From positions 1 through 64,000 of the forward strand of contig MEDY01000009.1 in the NCBI GenBank assembly GCA_001724265.1: DNA of 64,000 nucleotides, in the 5' to 3' direction. Origin of the DNA: Rhizaria sp. SCN 62-66. Its lineage: Eukaryota. Both the position numbers and the translations under genes were made by a program. The notes beneath the pieces are model-generated. The model was not told the DNA's origin. It worked only from the letters and a program-made list of their open reading frames with translations, and did no database searches. Below, piece by piece: positions 1 through 12,500 of the stretch (the stretch's first letter is position 1; every line of letters starts with the position of its first letter).

Positions 1-315
1 TTTGAGAACCCCAACGGAAGGGACGGGGCAGGTGGTGTCGAAGAGTGCGCAACTACAATGTGAGATTGCTAACCATTTGCGCACAAACACGACGGCGATG
101 TTGTGTGATGATAGTGTTTATGAATTAAGTATGATGTATGATGAAGATATCGAAAATTATTATGACAACGAGGCTAAATGTAGTGAACATTCGGTTTGTT
201 AGAACGAAGTGGTGGTAGTGGACAACTTGTGGACTAACTGACCTTCTTTAAATGTGCATTTACACAATTCTACGACCTGCTCTTCATGCAGAAACCTCGG
301 ACTTGCCCACAGGGG

Positions 316-476
316 TTAAGTTTGTACTTTCCAAGATGGGGAAATTAGATGTAGACGTAGAATTTAAGGAAATATATGATGTTTATATGTAAGGATACCA
401 AGGAGTATGCTCAATTATATTGTGTATCGAAGACTGTATTAACGGAAAATAAAAATTAAGTTTGTACTTTCCAAGA
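316..476. repeat. 21-bp exact direct repeat TTAAGTTTGTACTTTCCAAGA (316-336 and 456-476)
   Basis: Two identical copies 140 bp apart in AT-rich sequence. Confidence 0.8.
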
Positions 477-1983
477 GTATTTGGCCGGTGTCTTCATATC
501 ATAACTAGTAAACATGTTCCATCTTGCGTTATAACTCTCGTAAGTAATTCAAGTTGGGGGTTACTCGTTCCAAGGTCTAATTTGCAATGTAAATAAAATT
601 TCAAGAATTCATAAAACATATCCATATCAGATTCAATACTAATTCTTTTGTAAAGCTCCCCAACCGGCGAAATATAACCGTCTATGTTTTGTTCACGGGA
701 AAAATACCGACAACGATAACTATCAATAAATGTACATTGCAAAATGTCGAACGTTAAGAAGAGAAACATGTTCGAAATGCATAACATTAAGAATTTCACG
801 TACGTACAGGACAGTACATGTACTGTCGTTGTTTTTTCTTATTGTTGTCGACATGTGTCAGCGTGTGTTAACGTGTGTGCGATGTACGTATGCGCTTAGT
901 CATTTTATCGTCGGCTGTTGGGGCTTCGAATTTAGTCGCTTGTCGAGCTTCCAGAATATTTTTTTCATCCAGTCCTGGGCGCCGGTAGACACGGTGGCGT
1001 ACGTCAGGAAGCTGGAAGAGTCGCTGATGTCCCGCAGGCGTGACGCTACACCACGTAGGTCCGGAACCAGTGAGTGTACAAATGCGCCGTCAGAAGGGAT
1101 ACTGCCAAAGAATGAGTCAACAATCATTTTGAGTTAAGGATCGTAATCGCAAGACGTGCAGCGTGTCTGTTCAAGTCGCCGCATTAAGTGCGTGCCGAAT
1201 GGATTGTTCATTTGGCTGCGCGCCTCTGGTTCGTTTCTGATATCATTGACGCGCGCTACATGTGACCGACGGGCACAGCGCCGCGCAACAGTCCCACCGG
1301 GCACGGCTGAAACATGAGAAACCCCAGCCGGTTCGGTGCGCGTTTCTCGTCCTTTTTGGGAACAACGCTGTTGGGATAAATCAGCACTGTACCGGCAGGG
1401 TACGTTATCTCCGCTCTCCCCAAACCAGAGCCCTCTGGCTCTGTGCAGTCGCCGTATACAATGTCGCTCTTTAAAAGCAATAGAAGTGACGTGCACGGAG
1501 TGTCTTTTTTACCATCATACAGTGTGACAAACGGAAACGGCGTTTTTGCAAGTGGTTGGCCAGGTGGCACAAAGCAGGTGTGAGGCTCATTATAACTGCA
1601 ATCACTTAGCCGGAAATGCGCGGAGTTACAGGGAAACCTTTCGTCGTCAAGCTTAATTTCAATTTCGCACCAAAAAACACACTTACTCTCATCACGCAAG
1701 CGTTCCCTTTGCCTGCTGTTGCAGTAACAAGAGTTACTACTGTTAAGGTATAATTTGTTCTGGAAAGTGCCCTGGGTTTAAAGTCACGAGATGACAGACC
1801 TTCGCTCGTTCAAATGTCAATAAATGCACTGTATTCGCGGTTGACGCTGCGTAGCGTGCTTTATATTTAAATGCTGCCAGTAAAAATGTACACAGTTCGA
1901 AACAAAGACATACTATTCCCTCACAAACAATCTAGCCGACTTCAACAGTTGTTACATGTAAAAATCAAGCCTATATCGTCGTT

Positions 1984-4900
1984 TCATCCGAAGAACGCAT
2001 TATTGATGGAGCTAACAAGGGCGTCAACCTTTTCGTCTGTCTCGTGAATACGCGCCACGGTGGCCGCCGCAGCTGCAGCATCGACCTCGACGCTCGTGGC
2101 CACCTTGCGCGCGGCCGCAGCCGCGCCAAAGAGGTCCGCGCTAGGCCGGTTCGCGCCCGCCGCACGCTCCTGCGTCACCACGGCCACGAGGTCCAGGCGC
2201 GCGTTGGCGCGGGCGAGCGCGGCGCGCAGCGCGGCAGCCTCGGCTTCGGCCTCGGTGGCGCGGCTGGCGCCTTCCGCGCGCTCGGATCGCTCGGCGGAGG
2301 TGCCAGCAGCAACAGCGGCAGCGGCGGCGGTGGCGACGGCGACGAGCGGCGCGACGGCGGGCTCCAGCAGCGGCGCCAGCAGCGCGGGCTCGGCCAGCAG
2401 CGCGCGCGCGAGCACGCCGGGCAGCGCCGGCAGCGCCGACGCGGCCAGCGCGGGTAGCCCGGCGGCGGCGCGGCGCGCGTTGAGCGCCCTGACCGGCACC
2501 CAGGCGAGCCTCGCGCCAGCGGCGGAGGCGACTGTGAGCTGCGCTGCCAGAGGCGCGGTGGCGGCCGCAGTGAGCCCGCTAGCGAGCGCCGCGGTGACGG
2601 GTTCGGAGGCGTCGGCGTCGGCGTCGGCGGCGGTGGCTGAGGCAGGCAGGGGCACGAAGGGGGCGGTGAGCGACCATGAGGCAGCAATGTTCACAGTCTC
2701 TGAGCCAGAAACAGCGCCAGCGCCGCTGACAGTGATGAGGCACCACTGCTCCGCGGTTGCGCCCGCAGACACAGTGAACACGGCGACGGGAGAGCACGCG
2801 CTCGCGGCGACAGGCCCGTCGGTGCCCAGCGGCCACGCCTCGCGCGCCGCGTCGGCTACGGTGGCTGCGGCGCTCTCGAGCGCGCGGACGCGCTCGGCGA
2901 GCTCGCTGGCCTGTCCGCTCGCCGTCGCGGACGCGGCGGTAAGGCGCGCGTTCTCGGCCTGCGCCGTCGCCACGGCCTCGCGGGCCTGCGCCAGCTCGCC
3001 CTTGGCCTTCTCGATCACGAGCTTGGCCTTCTCGAACTGCGCGGCCAGTGCGTCGCGTTCCGCCTGCGTCTGCATCAGCTCCGCGCCCGCCGCCGCCTCG
3101 CCGTTGCGCATGTTGCGCACCACCGTCTCCAGTCCCTGCACCACCTGCGACTTGGCTGCGGCCTCCGCGGTTGCCGCGGCAAGCTTCTGCGCGCTCTCGC
3201 CCAGCGCGGCCTCGGCCTGTTGCGCCGCTGCCTGCGCGGCGGCGGCGGTGCGCTCTGTCTCGGCGGCCTTAGCGCGCGCGGCGGCGAGCTCCTCGCGGGC
3301 CGCCTGAAGCGCGGTGGACGCGGCGGACCCGTTGTCCGCGGCGGCGGCCTCGAGGCGCTCGGCCCTGCTCTGCGCCGCCGCCGCATCCTTCTGAGCAGCA
3401 GCGGCGTCCGCGGCGGCGCGCGCCAGGCTCGCCTCGAGCTGCGCGGCGCGGGTCTCGGCGGCCGACGCCGACTCCGCGGCCGCGGCGGCCTTGGACTCCG
3501 CAGCGGTGCAGCGAACAACAGCCTGCTGTGTATCGGATATGGCCTCGGCAAGCTTGTTCTCGAGCTCGCTCGCCTTGGCAGCGCTCTGAGTCACCTTGGC
3601 CTCCGCCTGCGTGAGCTTGCTCTGCAGCTGCGCGGCGCTCGTCTGCAGCTCAGCCGCAGCAGCCTCTACGGCAGCAGCCTTGGCCTCAGCAGCAGCAAGC
3701 TTGTTCTCCGCAGCAGCCGTCTTGGCCTCAGCAGACACGGCGCTGGCGTCGGCATCTCTGGCGCGCGCCTCAGCGCCCTTGGCTTTGGCCTCCGCGGCGG
3801 CCGCCTTGGCCTCGGCCGCCTCGTTGCTCGCGTCGGCCGCAGCGGCCCGCGCCTCCGCGGCGTCCGCCCGCGCGCCCGCGGCCGCGGCCTGCGCCTCAGC
3901 CGTGCTCGCGCGCACCTCCAGCACCGCCACCGCCGCGGCCGACGCGGCAGTGTCAGAACCGCCGGCGTCGTCGCCACCCTTCGCGGCGGCGGCGGCAGCG
4001 GCGGCGACGGCCTCGGCCGCGGCAGCGGTGGCGGCCACGGCCTGCGCGCGCGCCGCAGCGAGGTCGGCCGTGAGCGCATCCACGCGGGCCGCGGAGGCCG
4101 TGGCGCGCGCGGTCGCCGCGCCGGCCTCCTCGGCCGCGGCGGCCAGGTCGCGCCTCAGGGCGGCGATCTCCGCCGACAGCTGCGCGCGCTCAGCAGCGCG
4201 CTCCGCGGCGGCCGCGGCGGCGGCCTCGGTGGTGGCAGCGGCGGCCGCGGCGGCTGCGGTGGCGTTGGCGGTGTTGGCCGCGGCAACGGCGGCGGTCACA
4301 GCGGCAGCCACAGCGGCGTCGACGGCAGCCTGGTCGACCACCGTCACGGTCTCGACCTTGACGGCGGGCTCAGCCGCAGCCGCAGTGGGAGCGGGAGCGG
4401 CGGCCGTGGCGGCAGACTCGGCGGCGGCAGCTGCAGCGGCGGCCTCCTTCTCAGCGAGAGCGGCGACGCGTTCGTCGAGCTTCTTCTTGACAGAGAGCAG
4501 CTTCTCCTGCCGCTTGTCCAGGTCCTCCCGGAGCGTCGCAAGCCGAGCGGCCTCGTGCTCCGCAGCGGCCTCCTTCTCCTGCAGCGCCGTCACGGCGTCC
4601 GTGGCGGCGCGCCGCTCCTCCCTGACCGCGGCGCGCAGCGCGGTGGCCTTGGCGACGGCAGAATCTGCGCTGTCCTGCCGCGCCGCCGCGTCCGCGCGCG
4701 CGCTCTCAGCCTCCGCCGCCGCTGCCGCAGCGGCGTCCTCCAGCGTCGCCACACGCGCGGCCGCGGACTCGAGCGCGGCGGCCGCGGCCTTGGCGGCGGC
4801 AGCGGGAATCGCGCCAGGTGGCACCTCCCCGCCGCCGTTGTCGCTGTTGCTGGCGGCGGCGGCGACGCGGCGAAGCTCCTCGACGAGCGCGGCGATGACC

Positions 4901-5850
4901 TCGCTTTTCTCGGCCAGTCGCTCCGCGCGCGCGTCCACAGCGCCGGGCTTGGTGGGCGCGTTGAGCAGCGCCGTGAGTTGCTGCGAGCCCTGCTCCTTGA
5001 TCGAGTCCACGAAGGCTGTCGCAGAGGAGAAGAAGGACCCGAAGCTGGCCGTCGCCGACGCCGCCGCAGCCCTGCCCATCGCCGCGCTCTGCTGCTGCGT
5101 GGCCGCAGTCGCGTTCGCGGTGGCCTCCGCGGCGGCCTCGGCGCTGGCGACCGCGGCTGCCTTAGCCTGCGCCAGCTGCCGCTTAAGCTCGCGCATCTCC
5201 TTCTCGTGTGCACTCGCGGCGGCAGCGGCGGCGGCGCTGGCGGTCGCGGCGGCGGCCTGCGCGGCGGCCAGCGCGGCGTCGGGCAACGCGCCGCTCGCTG
5301 CTGGGCTCTCAGCCGCGGTGCTGCCGGCGTTAGTGTTGTTGCTGTTATTATTGATGCCATTCGCTCCGTTGGAAGCTACGAGCTCCTCATACTTTCGCTT
5401 GATGATGAGCGCCTTCTCGCGGATGGTGTCCTTGGCGCGCTTGGCCTCCTCGGCCTCGGCGCGCGCGGCGTCCGCGTCAACCTGCACGGCCTGAACCGTG
5501 TTGCGCAGCGCCGAGACGATCTCCTCGAGCTCAGCCGCGCGCGAGGCGAAGGGCGAGAGCTTGACGACCTGGGCCTCAAGCTGTGCACCACGCTCCTGCG
5601 ACGACACGAACTCGGCCTTGAGCGCGCGGAACTTGGTCACCGCGTTCTCGAACTTGCCGCGCAGGGTGGCCAGCTCGGCGGCAGACGCGTTGCCGCTGTC
5701 GGCAGCGGCGGAAGCGGAGGACTCGCGGAGCTCGGCGTACTGGGCCTTGAGCGTCTTGAGCTTGGCGGACTGCTTGCTCAGCATTGCGATCAGCTGCTCC
5801 TTCGAGGCAGCCTCGAGCGAAGCAAGAGTGTTAGCGTCAAACTCTGACAT
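1984..5850 (-). CDS. Ala/Glu-rich long coiled-coil protein, 1288 aa, function unknown
   Basis: Single ORF from ATG 5850 to TGA 1984, flanked by AT-rich spacers. Heptad-like text (e.g. LREDLDKRQEKLLSVKKKLDERV, AEAKAAAAE repeats). No family recognised. Confidence 0.8.
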   Translation of the reverse strand: MSEFDANTLASLEAASKEQLIAMLSKQSAKLKTLKAQYAELRESSASAAADSGNASAAELATLRGKFENAVTKFRALKAEFVSSQERGAQLEAQVVKLSPFASRAAELEEIVSALRNTVQAVQVDADAARAEAEEAKRAKDTIREKALIIKRKYEELVASNGANGINNNSNNTNAGSTAAESPAASGALPDAALAAAQAAAATASAAAAAAASAHEKEMRELKRQLAQAKAAAVASAEAAAEATANATAATQQQSAAMGRAAAASATASFGSFFSSATAFVDSIKEQGSQQLTALLNAPTKPGAVDARAERLAEKSEVIAALVEELRRVAAAASNSDNGGGEVPPGAIPAAAAKAAAAALESAAARVATLEDAAAAAAAEAESARADAAARQDSADSAVAKATALRAAVREERRAATDAVTALQEKEAAAEHEAARLATLREDLDKRQEKLLSVKKKLDERVAALAEKEAAAAAAAAESAATAAAPAPTAAAAEPAVKVETVTVVDQAAVDAAVAAAVTAAVAAANTANATAAAAAAAATTEAAAAAAAERAAERAQLSAEIAALRRDLAAAAEEAGAATARATASAARVDALTADLAAARAQAVAATAAAAEAVAAAAAAAAKGGDDAGGSDTAASAAAVAVLEVRASTAEAQAAAAGARADAAEARAAAADASNEAAEAKAAAAEAKAKGAEARARDADASAVSAEAKTAAAENKLAAAEAKAAAVEAAAAELQTSAAQLQSKLTQAEAKVTQSAAKASELENKLAEAISDTQQAVVRCTAAESKAAAAAESASAAETRAAQLEASLARAAADAAAAQKDAAAAQSRAERLEAAAADNGSAASTALQAAREELAAARAKAAETERTAAAAQAAAQQAEAALGESAQKLAAATAEAAAKSQVVQGLETVVRNMRNGEAAAGAELMQTQAERDALAAQFEKAKLVIEKAKGELAQAREAVATAQAENARLTAASATASGQASELAERVRALESAAATVADAAREAWPLGTDGPVAASACSPVAVFTVSAGATAEQWCLITVSGAGAVSGSETVNIAASWSLTAPFVPLPASATAADADADASEPVTAALASGLTAAATAPLAAQLTVASAAGARLAWVPVRALNARRAAAGLPALAASALPALPGVLARALLAEPALLAPLLEPAVAPLVAVATAAAAAVAAGTSAERSERAEGASRATEAEAEAAALRAALARANARLDLVAVVTQERAAGANRPSADLFGAAAAARKVATSVEVDAAAAAATVARIHETDEKVDALVSSINNAFFG

Positions 5851-6327
5851 ATTGAGAGTGAGTTGCGCAGAAAAGCGCTGACTTTGGTATGTAGAATGTC
5901 TCTAGTGCCTCTTCTAGCGTAGTTTCGTAGTAGTGCTGCTGCAAGTGATAGGAGCAAGGGAGGGAAGATCGCAAAGAAGATACATGAGCGACAAAGATAG
6001 ACTCACATAATGTGGAATAAATATAATACGAAAACATGTTCTTAAAATACAAATTCACTTGTGTCATTTGTGCTGACGGAGTACTGGACGTAGTCTATTC
6101 TAATTGATGTTCGTAGTTGTGAACCTTAACGGTGATCACGTCTCGCCAGTCGTTCGTCGAATTGTATGCACCCCGCATTAACACATCCGTCTGCAGAGAT
6201 TTTGGTGGTTGTAGACGGTTCAGCCGAATATTTAACTATATTCATCAAATATTGTGCCTAACAATTATGTTTACCCCTCTATAGACCTACTTTACCGAAG
6301 ACCGACACGTGAGCATCCTACGCCGCC

Positions 6328-8712
6328 ATGTTCTCCCGCGCTCGCAGCCGCGCCACGCGGTTGCTGTCGACCCCTGGTCCGCTGACCTCACGCCTGCACA
6401 CTACACTCACAAACCCTAACGCGGCCGCCGTCTTGCCGCGTATCTCCCGCGCCTTCAGCAACACAGCCGCGACGCAGCAGCCAGTCGCTAAAACGAAGCC
6501 CTTTTACATCACAACACCGATCTTCTACGTCAACGGCGCGCCGCACATCGGACACCTGTACACGGCGCTGCTGGGCGACGCAATGGCGCGCTGGCACCGC
6601 GCGTGCGGCCAGCCGACGCATCTTATGGGTGGCACCGACGAGCACGGCGGCAAGGTCGCCGAGGCGGCCGAGAAGGCGGGAGCGGCGTCGGTGCAGGCCT
6701 TCTGCGACACCGTCTCTGCCTCGTTCTCGGACACGTGGCCCGTGTTCGACGTCCGCATGGCGCACTACGCGCGGACAACGGATGCGGCGCACAAGGCGCA
6801 GGTGCAGCGCTTCTGGCGCGTGTTGGCCGACCGCGGGTTTATCTACAAGGGCGCGCACGAAGGCTGGTACTGCCGTAGCGACGAGACGTTCTACCCCGAG
6901 AACCAGGTCGTCACCGCCGACGACGGCCGCAAGCTGTCGCCGACGAACCACCCCGTAGAGTGGGTGTCGGAGCCCAACTATAAGTTCCGCCTCTCGGCCT
7001 TCGAGGCGCCGCTGCGCTCGTGGCTGGTCGCGAACCCGTCCGTGGTTCAGCCCGCCGCGCGGTACAACGAGGTGATGGCCTTCCTCGACACCGGGCTGGA
7101 GGACATCTCGGTCTCGCGGCTCGCCAGCAAGGTTGCCTGGGGCGTGCCCGTGCCCGGCGACGAGGAGCACACAGTCTACGTGTGGCTCGATGCGCTATCG
7201 GTCTACCTTTCGTCCGCGTAGCACTTGGACGCGCTGAGTGCCGCAGAACCCGCGAACAGCGCGAACAGCGATGTGTTCACCGACGTCGCAGCGATTGACG
7301 CGATGGCCGCTGCTGATGCCAACGCTGCGCTGTCAAAGAGCGTTATGGAGGCTGTCAACGCAAGCCTGCGCGCCAACAGCGTCACTGCCGCCGCCGCCGT
7401 TGTCATCGACGACGGTGCGAATGCTTCGAATGAAGCTGCGCCGGCGACGGCGACGGCGACGTGGCCCGCTGACATCCAGGTGGTGGGCAAAGACATCATC
7501 AAGTTCCATGCCATCTACTGGCCGGCATTCCTGCTCGCAGCGGGGCTGCCGCTGCCGCGGCGCATCGTCGCGCACTCCCACTGGACCAACGGCGGCGTCA
7601 AAATGTCCAAGTCGCTGGGCAACGTGCTCTCGCCCGCCGACATCGCGCACGACTTCCATGGCGACACCGACGCGGTTCGCTACGGGCTGCTGCGTCACGG
7701 CCCGCTGCGCACCGACGCGTCGTACGACCTGGCGGCGCTGCATGGCGACGTGGACGCGGATCTGGCCGACGCGCTGGGCAATCTCGCCCTGCGTGCCGTG
7801 GCCCCCGCGCTGCTGCCCGGCGGCGCGCTGCCCGACCCGCTCGCGCGCCATCGGCCCTACGCACCCGCCGACACGGCCACGACGGACGCGGTACCGCTGC
7901 CGGTGCCCGCGCCGCTGGACTTGTTACTCTTCGCGGCCCACCCGCAGCAGCACGCGCACGGACACGGCCACGGACACGGTCACAGTGGCCACAGCGACGC
8001 TGCGGCTGCGGCTGCTGCTGCTGAGTCTGCAGCTGTGGCTGCCGCTGCTGCTGAGGCGGAGGTTGGCACGAGCGTGCAGTACGACGCGCTGCCCGCGTCC
8101 GTGCTCGCGTCCTCTGCGTGGTTCACGCCAGAGACGGGTCTGGCGGCCGTGGGGTGCGATGCCGCGACGGTGCGCCTGATCGGCGAGATCAACACGCTCG
8201 TCGCGGGCGTCGCGCACGAGCTGGACCGCGGCAACACCGAGGGCGCGCTCCTGCGCATCGCGGCCGTGACCCGCGGCTGCAACGTGCTCATCTCGGACTG
8301 GAAGCCGTGGGAGCTCAAGGCGCGGCCCGAGGCGCGCGCGCAACTCGACTGGTATCTTTACTGCGCGATTGAGACCGTGCGTGTTGCCGCGCTGTGTCTA
8401 CAGCCCTTCACGCCCGCCATCGCGGCGCGCCTGCTCACCGGACTGGGCGTCAAGCCCGAGCACCGCAACCCCGTGCGTTTCGGCCGCTTCGGCTACCGGC
8501 CCGACGCCGCGCCCGCCTCGGTCAAGCTGGCGTTCGCCGAGAAGCCGTTCGAGAAGCTCGCCGCGCGCAAACGGGAGGGCGAGCTGTCGCCCGCGGAGGT
8601 CAAGGCGGCGCAGCACGCCGCCAAGAAGGCGCGCAAGGAGGAGGAGAAGAAGGAGAAGCAGGACAAGAAGGACGCGGGCGCCCAGCAGCAGCAAGGCGAG
8701 ATGAAGAATTAA
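6328..8712 (+). CDS. MARS2: Mitochondrial/bacterial-type methionyl-tRNA synthetase, ~794 aa, with an in-frame TAG at 7219-7221
   Basis: Arg/Ser-rich transit-peptide-like N-terminus. FYITTPIFYVNGAPHIGH, GTDEHG, WGVPVP and YVWLDAL lie before the TAG. GKDIIKFHAIYWPAFL, KMSKSLGN and the anticodon-binding region (KPWEL) follow it in the same frame. Ends in TAA. Confidence 0.93.
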
Positions 8713-9594
8713 GGGTGAGAAAATGGATAAGAGCACCTGACAGCAGGCAGGCACCCGCTTTGACACAACTTTGGCGGCGACGAAGGCGCTTGTGTGTCTG
8801 CCGTTATCATTATATGTCAATGCGAGCCTCCATCGTCGAGTCATGTTAAGGCTTAAAGCGCGAATGCACGATTTCACGAGTATTCGCAGCACAGTGCTTA
8901 TTCGGACTGACGTAACTAGTGTGTAAACGTGCATGTGTGTATTCGTGCAGTAGCTGTGAGGGTATTTATTTATATGGACCAATCTGGACACGCTAAGCAT
9001 ATGCTCTCAACTAAATGAAAACGTATATCAAAACATGCATTCGGTCGAACAGATTGTTTGTGTGTTCACTTTGTTAGGAGCATATTTAAGGCAATGTGTC
9101 AATACATAATTTAACTGGCTGAACTAATAACGAGTATATTGGAGGATCTACAAGTGTTAGTTGTGCAAGCGAGCCTTTAAGATATTTTAAGTTGGTGAAT
9201 TTTAGGAGATTCTTGTTAAAACGTGCGTCGTAACAAGGGCGACGAACGCTTCGTCTCTGTACAGACGTACATATTTGTCAAATGCACGAAAAGTAAACCG
9301 GTAACAAACGCATTTACAAAACCAAACTCAATACGTAAAGCTTAAGTTAGTATTGCGTGATACGCGGAAATATGTCGCATTCATAATGAGAAGAGTGGCG
9401 ACAGATGCCATCTCTTTGGATGTGTGTGCGCAGAAGTTGTGTCTTTTTCAGGTGTTATTTCAATAAGATAAATGTACAGAACAGATGTTGTAATGATAAC
9501 AAATGTGGGGATGTGCTACTAACGGTTCTTATTATGGTTCTTGTGTTGTGATGTGATGAAGCCAAGACCTCGCGGTTCCTCAGGAGCTGATGAG

Positions 9595-12500
9595 TTACCG
9601 CCCCAGCTTGGCCTGCTTGAGCAGCGTCGCAAATGCAGACGTCTTCTTGAACCGCGAGAGACTGTCCTGTGACAGCAGCCGGTAGATCTCGTCCTCCGCA
9701 GCCACGAACACGGCCGGCGACAGCGTCGCGGGCGCGCCCTTGCTGTCGGACATGGCGCGCAACACGGCCGTCTGCACGTCTCCGCGCAGGTTCACCTGCT
9801 GCGGCGCGTCGTTGCGCACAAACCGCGCGCACAGCGCCTCCGCGTCGGCGTACATCGCTTCGGCGGCCGCGGCGTCGCTGGCGAAGTCCGTGAGCGGGGA
9901 GCTCGCGCTGGCGCTGTGCACGCTGCTGGCCGTCGAGCTGGCCCACGCGCGGAGGCGGAACGCGCGCGCCTCGCACCAGAACTCGTAGTTCTCGACCGAG
10001 TACTCGCGGCGCAGGTGCTCGATAAAGGCGTCGCGCGCCTGCGGCACGTGCAGCAGGTACGCGAGCGGGACCGCCTCGTCGAACTGCACCGGCTCCAGGA
10101 TGCTGGCCGGGAACGAGCCCACGCCGTAGGGCGCCACGGCGGCCGCGGCGGCGGCGGATGCGGCGCTGGGCGATGACACCGTCACCGTGGAGCCGGCGCC
10201 GCTGTTGCTGCCGCCGCTGCCGCTGCTGGTGGCGGTGGGCGAGACGTTGGTGCCGTCGCCGCCCTCGCCCGCCGCCGTGGCAATCATGCCCGCTACGGCG
10301 TGCGGCGACAAAGGGGCCGTGATGAGCTCGCCGAACCAGACGACGTCGCCGCACGGGTAGCGCGCGATGCCGGTAAGCATGTCGGCCTGCTCGGTGGACG
10401 CGGCGGCCGCGGCGGCCACGGCGGCGGCCGATGCGCTGAAGCTCGACCGCGGCTGCGCAGACAGCGACGGCGGCGACTGCGCAGAGATGGAAGCGGGCGG
10501 CGGGGGCGGCGGCGGGGGCGGTGAGCCCCCGGGGACACCGGCCCCGTTGCTGCTTGGGCTATTATCGTCGGCAGAGTCGACGCCGTCGCGCACGAGTGAC
10601 AGGCGGTGGCCCACCGTGGCAGCCGCCGCGAAAACGCGCGCGCGCGCCGCAGCGTCCTCGGCAGCGCCCGCGGAGGGAGTGGCCAGCCGGCCCGAACGCA
10701 GCGCGGCGATGGACGCCGCGGCGGGGCGCGCGGGCAGCGCGGGCGGCGGCCCACTGCCACTGCCGCTGCTGTTGGTGGGCGTGACCGCGGCGCCTGATGT
10801 GCGCGCGCCCGCGGCGGCGGCGGCGGCGGCAAGGAAGCCCGCGTGCGTGTGGCCCGCAGAGAAAGAGCCCGTGCTCACGCGCAGCGAGTGCGGGGCCGAC
10901 ACGGAGCCGGAGCCGGCGCCGCTGCCGCCGCTGTTCAGGTGCACGTTGTGAGACCCACCGGGCCCAAGGTTGAGGTTCATGCCCCCGCGGCGCACCACAG
11001 AGCTCCCGCTTTGACCGTCAGTCGTCGCACCTGCACTAGCACCGCCACCAACGGCGGCAGCGGCGGCGGCGGCAGCGGCGGCGGCGGCAGCGGCGGCGGC
11101 GGCGGCGTTGGAGCGCGCGCGGTGCAGGAACAGCGGCGACAGCGCGCGCAGCGACGCAATTGTCGAGTCAGGCGACGGCGTCAGGTCCGTGACGAGGACG
11201 TAGGCGCCGTGGGGGATGATCAGGTCGTGTCTGAGCGCGCCGCTGGCGAGCGCGGAGCGCGCCTGCGAGATGGACAGTGAGGGCGACATGGGCACAGCGG
11301 GCGCTGTCGCCAGCGAGTGCGCCGACTGTGACACCGGCGATGTGGCGCGGGACGAGTCGCCCGAGTCGGCGCCCGCGGCGGCGGCCGCGGCGGCTGACAG
11401 CATGCCCGCGGAGGCCGCGGCGGCCAGCGCGGTAACCGCGGCCCTAGCCGGGTTGAGCATGTCGGTCACCGCGAGCCCCGCGAGCGCGCCGCACGTGCAA
11501 AGCGAGGCCGGGTCCGCGACATGCACCGAGGGCGCAGTGCCCGTCGCTGTCGAGGGCGCGTCGTGGGCGCCCGAGATGGAGATAGACATCGACGCGGCGC
11601 GCGTGAGCCCCACCGGCGAACCCGTCGCGCCCACCGCCGCAGCCGTGCTCGCAGTGCCCGCCGCAGGGGCCGCCGTGGCCGCCGCGGCGACCGAGGTGCT
11701 GCGCGCGCGCGCATTGGGGGCCGCGGGGCAGTGCGGCGCGTGGTAATAGGGCAGCTGCTGCGCGGGCGTGAAGCCGCGCACGCAACGGTACACGGGCGGA
11801 ATCACCAGCGGCTTGAGCGGCTGCGGCGGCGTCGTCGTCGCCGAGCCCGCGGCCGTGGCGCCCGCGGTCGACGTCGCGCTCGCCAGCGGGGACAGCCCGT
11901 CACCGGAGTGGATCGTGCTCAGCGGCGCCGCCAACAGCGACTGTGGGACGGCGGGCGCGGAGGACGGCGCGTCCGGCGCCGCCAGCGTGCTGTGCACGAT
12001 GCCCATTGCGCCGCCGGCGCTGCTGCTGCTGCTGCCGCTGGCGTAGACGCTCGAGGTGCCGGGCTTGCCTGAGGAGAAGGCGAGCGAGAGCGCGCGCGAA
12101 ATGTCGGACCCGGCGGGCGACAGCGCGGCGGCCGCGGCGGCGGCGGCCGCGGCGGCGGCCTCGGGGTCGAAGCCCAGGTGCTCACGCCACGCGTCCGAGT
12201 CGAACGCGGCCGCCGGACAGGGCAGCAGAGCCTCCACAGGCGCAGGCTGCGGGGGTAGGCCGTGCGCGGCAACGATGGCTCCCGCAAAGCCCGCGATCTC
12301 GCCGTTGGCGTCGAGGCGCTTGACCGCGGCCGAGAGGTCGCCCGTGGCAGCGGTGAAGTCCACCGCGGCGGCGAAGGCGTCCTTGTAGCGGGTCAGCGCG
12401 CGGTCCGTGGTGCTGAGGCGCGCGCGCTCGATGGCCTCCATGCGGCGCATGAGCGCGGGCATCACGGCGCTGGTGTAGTCGCGCTGCATCGCGGCCGTGG

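Noticed and set aside
316-476. Direct repeat as a CRISPR array or LTR/TIR
   Set aside because: Only two copies 140 bp apart, in a eukaryotic context, with no cas, transposase or RT gene visible.
730-1699. ORFs of 120-147 aa in the left spacer
   Set aside because: No recognisable motif, mutually overlapping, and codon usage unlike the host genes.
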